From Candidatus Poribacteria bacterium (GTDB lineage: Bacteria > Poribacteria > WGA-4E > PCPOR2b): a DNA stretch of 64,000 nt. The translations under genes and the position numbers were made by a program. The notes beneath the pieces are model-generated. The model had not been told where the DNA came from, did not search any database, and saw only the letters and a list, made by a program, of their open reading frames with translations. Below, piece by piece: positions 58,596 through 64,000 of this stretch (its first letter is position 1; each line of letters begins with the position of its first letter). The DNA lies in the NCBI GenBank assembly GCA_965215015.1, contig OZ244042.1, forward strand, positions 2,752,001 through 2,816,000, written 5' to 3'.

Positions 58596-58880
58596 GCAGG
58601 TCAAGATTGATATCTCGACAAAACGCCCGGACTATAGTGCAATAATCCGGGCGGATTGAGCCTAGATTATTGCACAATGTTCGATGTATTTTCGATTTTA
58701 GAAAATTGACCTACTAGAGCTGACGCAGGTTGTGGGTAGGCCAGGCATCCTACCTCTTTCCGTAATCCAACATCGGTTTTGTGGGTAGGCAGGGGCAGGA
58801 GGCCATTAACCGTGGGGCGGTTTAGTAGGTCGAGATTCATATCTCGACGCCCAAATGTCGATTTTAGAAAATCGACCTAC
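58596..58880. repeat. Two REP doublets (REPIN-like), the first interrupted by a small inverted-repeat element
   Basis: GTAGGTCGAGATTCATATCTCGAC-8nt-GTCGATTTTAGAAAATCGACCTAC at 58825-58880; degenerate copy at 58596-58714; relatives near 21557, 41540 and 62617. Confidence 0.8.
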
Positions 58881-58897
58881 TAGAAAGGTAGGTCGTT

Positions 58898-60713
58898 GTG
58901 AGTTCATTTCGCCGAATTTCCTTTGCGTTTCACATTTTGCTCTTTCTATTTCTGTCCCCGCTCGCAATTGGCAATTCAGATCAACACGCTCTCCCCTCCT
59001 CCGATAACGCCGAAAAGCCTTACCTGATTCGTCAGATTATCTTTGAAGGGGTTGAACACCTGAACCAGAAGCAGCTGTCTAAGCTGGTCGATATTGATCC
59101 AGGACAGCCTTACCTGCCAGCAGAGATGGTTGTCGGACTCAATCGGGTGCTGGAAAAGTACCGTGAAAGCGGATTTGTATTTGCCTCAATCGAACCCGAA
59201 GTGACAACCCTCCCCCCCGATCAGGTGCAGGTCCGCCTCCACATCCACGAGGGGCCGCGGGTTCGTACAGGCGAGATTACGATTGAAGGGAATCATCTGT
59301 TTTCGACCGGCGACATCCGTCGTGAGCTCGGTTTGCAGAAAGGGACGCCTTTCAGTCAGACCGCCTTTGAACAAGGGATCGACAAGCTCTTAGCCCTCTA
59401 CAGCGAGCGCGGCTATCCCAAGGCGGAAATTGAACCGACGGACTTCCATCTGTCAGAGGAAGGGGGAAAGGTTGACTTGCACCTCCAAATTCGTGAGGGA
59501 AGTCAGGTTCGGATCGAAGCGGTGAAGCTGACCGGTCTACAGAAAACGAAGCCTGAAGTGGTCCTCCGCGAGTTACCGATTCAAACGGGCGATGTTTTTG
59601 ATCAGCGCAAAATCGATCAGAGTTTCCACCGCCTGGTAAACCTAGGCTACTTTTACGAGGTCAGTCCATCCCTGCTTCAGGAGGGTGGGACACCGGAGGA
59701 GATTATCTTTAACGCGAAGGTAACGGAAGCGCGGACTGGTGCGGTCAGCGGTGTCATTGGCTATGCTCCGCCAACTACGGAGTTTGAGGGCGCGCCACAA
59801 TTGACAGGCGTGATTGAAGCGACGGAGACGAATCTTTTGGGGACAGGACGGGGGGCAAATTTTCTTTGGAAATCTGGCTTACTTCGGATGTTAAAAATTG
59901 GTTACACCGAACCGTGGGCGTTTGGAAAGCCGCTTAAAATCGGTGTCGAGTATTCGCAGGTGAGACAGAGAAACCAGTTCACCGATGCTGAGTCAAATGA
60001 GCGTGCTGCATCCGTGACTATTGGGGCCCGCTTCCGACGATTATTTGAGGGTTTGCTGGGGGTTTCCTATAAACGGATTGGGCTTCTCACCGACGCCCCC
60101 CCCCCTCGCTACTACCTCCCCGTCCCGCCACTCGTCAATTACAGATGTGACAGATTCAGCAGCGCAAAGCGGTGTGAAGTACGGTGTGACCTTGGGACTG
60201 ACCCGCGATAGTAGAGATTACTTTCTGAACCCAACCCGCGGCCGCCTTGACCACGTGGCGTGTGAGTTTTCAACAGGGGATTTCAAGCTGCGCAAACTGT
60301 GGGTAGATCTGCGGGGTTACTTCCCGACATGGCGAAGGCAGGTGATCGCCATCGGTTTACACGGTGCGGCGGCGTGGGGAGACAACATTCCACCGACGGA
60401 GCTCTTTTATCTGGGTGGGGCAAACACTTTGCGCGGTTACGACGAAGATTGGTTTTTTGGAGCCCGCCGCGTCTATGCGAACCTCGAATATCGGTTGTTG
60501 GTCGGACGCACATCGCAGTTCTTTGTATTCACCGATTTGGGGACAGTTACCCAAGTAAATCAGCCCACCGTCTTTGACCCGCTCCGTGTCGGTTACGGGT
60601 TCGGTATGCGGCTTGAATCAAAGGGCGGGTTGCTGCGGATGGATTACGGTCTTGCCGAAGGACGCTCTGCTTTGGAGGGAAAAATTCATGTCAATCTCGG
60701 AACAGCGTTCTAA
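58898..60713 (+). CDS. BamA/TamA (Omp85) family outer membrane protein, frameshifted at the C10 tract 60096-60105
   Basis: Signal peptide, POTRA repeats, NLLGTG; the second frame carries FYLGGANTLRGY and a C-terminal Phe; frames join if one C is removed. Confidence 0.9.
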
Positions 60714-61689
60714 ACAATCTAGCAGGAAATTCGACCTCGATCAGATCCGGCGCATCTTGATCCTCCGCATGGGCCCCCTCGGCGAGACACTCTTAACGAC
60801 CCCTGTAATCCGAGCACTGCGGTGCCGTTTTCCAGAGGCATACATCGCTTACATGATTGCCCCGGGACGCGAAGATCTCGTTTCCGAAAACCCGAATCTG
60901 GACGAGGTGATTACTTACAGCGTGTCGATTCCCAAGCTAATTTATCAGATGGCGAAAAGGTCATTCCATATGGTAGTAATCCTTCAACCGACGTTTCGCC
61001 TTGTGTTCCACACATTTCTCGCACGTATCCCATTTCGAATTGGTTTTGAGACCAACTCTGGCCAGGAACGCTTGCTTCATGTCGCCGTTCCCAATAACAT
61101 TGACCAGCACGAGGCTGCTAGATATCTTGACGTTGTGCGTGGTATTGGGATTGAGCCGGATAACGAGGAGCCTGAGATGTTTGTGAACGCAGCGGCACAG
61201 GGGTGGGCGGACAATTTCCTCGCTGGTGCTAGCGTCCGCTTGGATCGCCCCCTAATCGGGTTGAATCCTGGGTCGGGATCTGAATCCCGTCGCTGGTCAA
61301 AGGCAGGATTTGCACAAGTAGGAGACCGGCTATATCAGAAGTGGGATGCCCAGATTTTTATCACCGCCGGCGATGCGGAAGGGTCGCTGCCTCACGAAGT
61401 GGCGGATCTGATGTCCTGCTCGCCAATTATCCTCACAGGAATAACTCCGATGCAGCTCGGGGCGATGCTCCAAAAATGTCGGCTCTATATCAGCAACGAT
61501 ACAGGTCCCATGCACATGAGCACAGCGATCAAAACTCCAACGATTGCGTTATTTGGTGCATCGAATCCGCGGCAGTGGGGCCCCCATTGGCATCCACACA
61601 CGGTGATTGCCCGTGAAAGCATGGAAGATATTACCGTCGAAGATGTATTGGGGGCGGCAGATCTGTCGCTATCCGGCTCCTATCTATAA
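60688..61689 (+). CDS. Glycosyltransferase family 9 (heptosyltransferase-like)
   Basis: LGETLLTTPVI, NPGS...RW, SNDTGPMH and ALFGAS motifs. Confidence 0.92.
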   Translation: MSISEQRSKQSSRKFDLDQIRRILILRMGPLGETLLTTPVIRALRCRFPEAYIAYMIAPGREDLVSENPNLDEVITYSVSIPKLIYQMAKRSFHMVVILQPTFRLVFHTFLARIPFRIGFETNSGQERLLHVAVPNNIDQHEAARYLDVVRGIGIEPDNEEPEMFVNAAAQGWADNFLAGASVRLDRPLIGLNPGSGSESRRWSKAGFAQVGDRLYQKWDAQIFITAGDAEGSLPHEVADLMSCSPIILTGITPMQLGAMLQKCRLYISNDTGPMHMSTAIKTPTIALFGASNPRQWGPHWHPHTVIARESMEDITVEDVLGAADLSLSGSYL

Positions 61690-61753
61690 GGAGCAGTAAG
61701 GGTAGAGATTCACAAACGGTTGGATTCAGGGACTCAAAAATTCATCGCACACC

Positions 61754-62587
61754 ATGCTTTACGTATTACGCATTACGTATTATGCATCACGTTACACGCT
61801 CATCGGGCTATTCCTCGCTGCGGCCCCTGCCTACCCCGCAGCGTTTCCATTTGAGGAACCGCGTCCGCTCTACGTTGGAGCGCGAGCTTTGGGTATGGGC
61901 AATGCGTTTACTGCCGTCGCTGATGACGCCACGGCAGGATTCTGGAATCCCGCTGGGTTGATTCAGTGGCAGGGCGTAAAGCTTTTTGGCGTTAATAAGT
62001 TCCACAATCGATCGGACTACGGTTTCGATCCGAAAGGGATCGGATATGTCTATCGTGGATATGGTCTATTCTGGGGAAACAAGATTGCACTCGGTGCTGA
62101 GTCCGGGACACCGGATTTCAACTACTATTCCCTCGCACGCCAGATTCGTCCGCATATTGCAATTGGCGCGAGTCTGAAATTCAAACGGAAACACCCCAGC
62201 GATTATTACCAGTTTTTCGGTCATTCTCCATCCTACGATCTTGCCTTGCTCGTCAAACCGGGTACCAATCTCAAATTCGGACTACTTGCGGGGCATCTGC
62301 CGCGCGAGCGTGGGATTCGCTGGCTGACGCTCGGCACTGCATATCAGTGGAAAAATCTGTTGTTTGCGATCGATCTCGTGGTGCCACGGGGCTCCCTTAA
62401 TGAAACCGGGCTTTACTACGGTATTGAGTGGAAGGCGCAGCACTTTATTTGTGTGCGAGGTGGACGGTCAGATCAGTGGTGGACGTTAGGGGTGGGATTC
62501 GATTGGCGGTGGCTGCGAATGGACTATGCCCGCATCTATGAGCGCGATTTCGCGTCGGATTTTATCTCGGCGGAATTACGATTTTGA
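61754..62587 (+). CDS. Outer membrane beta-barrel protein (PorV/FadL-like N-terminus)
   Basis: GARALGMGNAFTAVADDATAGFWNPAGL; C-terminal Phe. Confidence 0.82.
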   Translation: MLYVLRITYYASRYTLIGLFLAAAPAYPAAFPFEEPRPLYVGARALGMGNAFTAVADDATAGFWNPAGLIQWQGVKLFGVNKFHNRSDYGFDPKGIGYVYRGYGLFWGNKIALGAESGTPDFNYYSLARQIRPHIAIGASLKFKRKHPSDYYQFFGHSPSYDLALLVKPGTNLKFGLLAGHLPRERGIRWLTLGTAYQWKNLLFAIDLVVPRGSLNETGLYYGIEWKAQHFICVRGGRSDQWWTLGVGFDWRWLRMDYARIYERDFASDFISAELRF

Positions 62588-62689
62588 AGGGAGATTTCCT
62601 AAAGGATTACCGACATTGTAGGTCAATTTTCCAAAATCGACCGACTAGAATCATTTGCAGATTTCCAAGGTCATTCCACGGAGTTCACC

Positions 62690-63823
62690 ATGAAAAAGTT
62701 AAAAATAGCTGTAGTCGGCACGGGGGGGCGAGCAGGAGCGCACCTGAGCACCATCCCCAAGCTAGAATCGGTTTATCAATTGGCTGGTGTGTGTGACCTC
62801 GACAAAGAACGCGCCACGGAGGTAGCTCAACGGATGTCAGTTTCTGGCTATACAGACGTTGAATCGTTGATCGAGGGGGAGTCGCCAGATCTAATCCTAA
62901 TCACGGTGCCTCCCGACGGACACCACGTCATCACAGAGGTTGCGGCGTCACACGGCGTCCATGTCATCACAGAGACGCCGATTTCAACAACCCTTCCCTG
63001 TGCAGATCGAATGATTGATGCCGCCGCACAATATGGCGTCAAGTTAGAGGTCGCTGAAAATCTCTGGCACTGGCCCCATGAACGGCTCAAACGGAAGATT
63101 GTCAATGCAGGACTGATTGGCGAGATTACCCACGCACATCTCTGGTATACCTCCGGATCGTATCACGGCATGAATGCCATTCGGACGCTTGTGGGTAGTG
63201 AAGCTGTGCGCGTCGTTGGGCACGCCAAAGAGATTGGCGGTAGCTCATGGGAGGTTGGCATTGTCGAATTTGAGAACGGAGTCTCCCTCGTCTATGAACT
63301 GCCAACACGACGCCGTGGCAACTATTGGGAGATTGATGGCACCAAGGGATCAATCGTCGGTAACGAATTGCAGCTCTACCGAGAGACGGGGACAGAGACC
63401 TATCCGATTCGGACCGTTACGACGGAGGTGGACGGTGTAGCGGTGGTCGATCATGCTCGCGTTGACACCGATCCGCCGGTGATCTGGGAAAATCCGCTCA
63501 AAGCGTTTGGACTGGCGGATGCAGACGATGTTGCACGGGGGGCGGAACTATACAGTATTTATCAAGCAGTTGTCGAAGGAGTTGAACCGGAGTATGGGGC
63601 GGTCAATGGACGCGCCGACCAAGAAATTCTTATTGCGATCCGCGAATCTGCGCTGAACGGTGGAGAACCGATTGGCCTGCCGCTGACCGAAATCACAGGA
63701 CACGAAGAAAATCTGCACCGAGAATACCGCGAAAGATACGGCGTGCACCCGTTTGACGCCATTGAGAGACAGAAAAGTATCCTGTTCCCACAGCGCGGCG
63801 TTGTGTGGGCAGCAAGACGATAG
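62690..63823 (+). CDS. Gfo/Idh/MocA family oxidoreductase
   Basis: VVGTGG, VPPDGH, HVITETP and IDGTKG motifs. Confidence 0.92.
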   Translation: MKKLKIAVVGTGGRAGAHLSTIPKLESVYQLAGVCDLDKERATEVAQRMSVSGYTDVESLIEGESPDLILITVPPDGHHVITEVAASHGVHVITETPISTTLPCADRMIDAAAQYGVKLEVAENLWHWPHERLKRKIVNAGLIGEITHAHLWYTSGSYHGMNAIRTLVGSEAVRVVGHAKEIGGSSWEVGIVEFENGVSLVYELPTRRRGNYWEIDGTKGSIVGNELQLYRETGTETYPIRTVTTEVDGVAVVDHARVDTDPPVIWENPLKAFGLADADDVARGAELYSIYQAVVEGVEPEYGAVNGRADQEILIAIRESALNGGEPIGLPLTEITGHEENLHREYRERYGVHPFDAIERQKSILFPQRGVVWAARR

Positions 63824-63968
63824 AGAAGATACTGAGTTCATTAGTTCATTAATGAGTCTGTGCACCAATGAACCAATAAACAAGCTACGGTCTTTGGCCA
63901 TCGTTCAACCCAACCTACTGAACCATATTCTCAAAGAATTATCGCCATCCGATGTCAAGGAGATTATT

Positions 63969-64000
63969 ATGAGTTGGCAAGTTGTAGACCGTATAACAAT
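63969..64000 (+). CDS. Start of a gene running off the window
   Basis: AAGGAG RBS then MSWQVVDRIT. Confidence 0.5.
   Translation, partial: MSWQVVDRIT

Overview
Bacterial chromosomal segment with about 50 CDS and no rRNA, tRNA or CRISPR array. The gene repertoire is catabolic and housekeeping (amidohydrolase, enolase-family dehydratase, PhyH, TPP enzyme, ThuA, pyrF, lepA-lepB, thrC-like, aspC, M16 peptidase pair, acyl-CoA ligase/thiolase/DUF35, BamA/TamA-like, GT9). The secreted WD40 proteins starting AQDYTQWGLPEGATARLGKG and the overall repertoire resemble Candidatus Poribacteria; this is pattern recognition, not verified. Highlights: (1) three tandem WD40 genes with signal-like N-termini, near-identical 126-bp repeats and hypervariable top-face codons, one fused to an intact trypsin-like protease, with protease fragments left in both spacers; (2) a candidate Thr/Met leader-peptide attenuator upstream of the thrC-like gene; (3) a peroxiredoxin-like selenoprotein (in-frame TGA, UxxS) that the ORF track truncates, next to a SelA-like gene; (4) a 9-unit REP-hairpin tandem array with CRISPR-like dimensions; (5) two genes broken by one extra C in poly-C tracts; (6) an intact IS4-family element, an orphan m4C-type methyltransferase, a winged-helix/HNH nuclease islet, and many gene stubs (TnpB, TonB receptor, aldo-keto reductase, metallopeptidase) among dense REP/MITE repeats. 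All calls come from reading the sequence; no searches were run.
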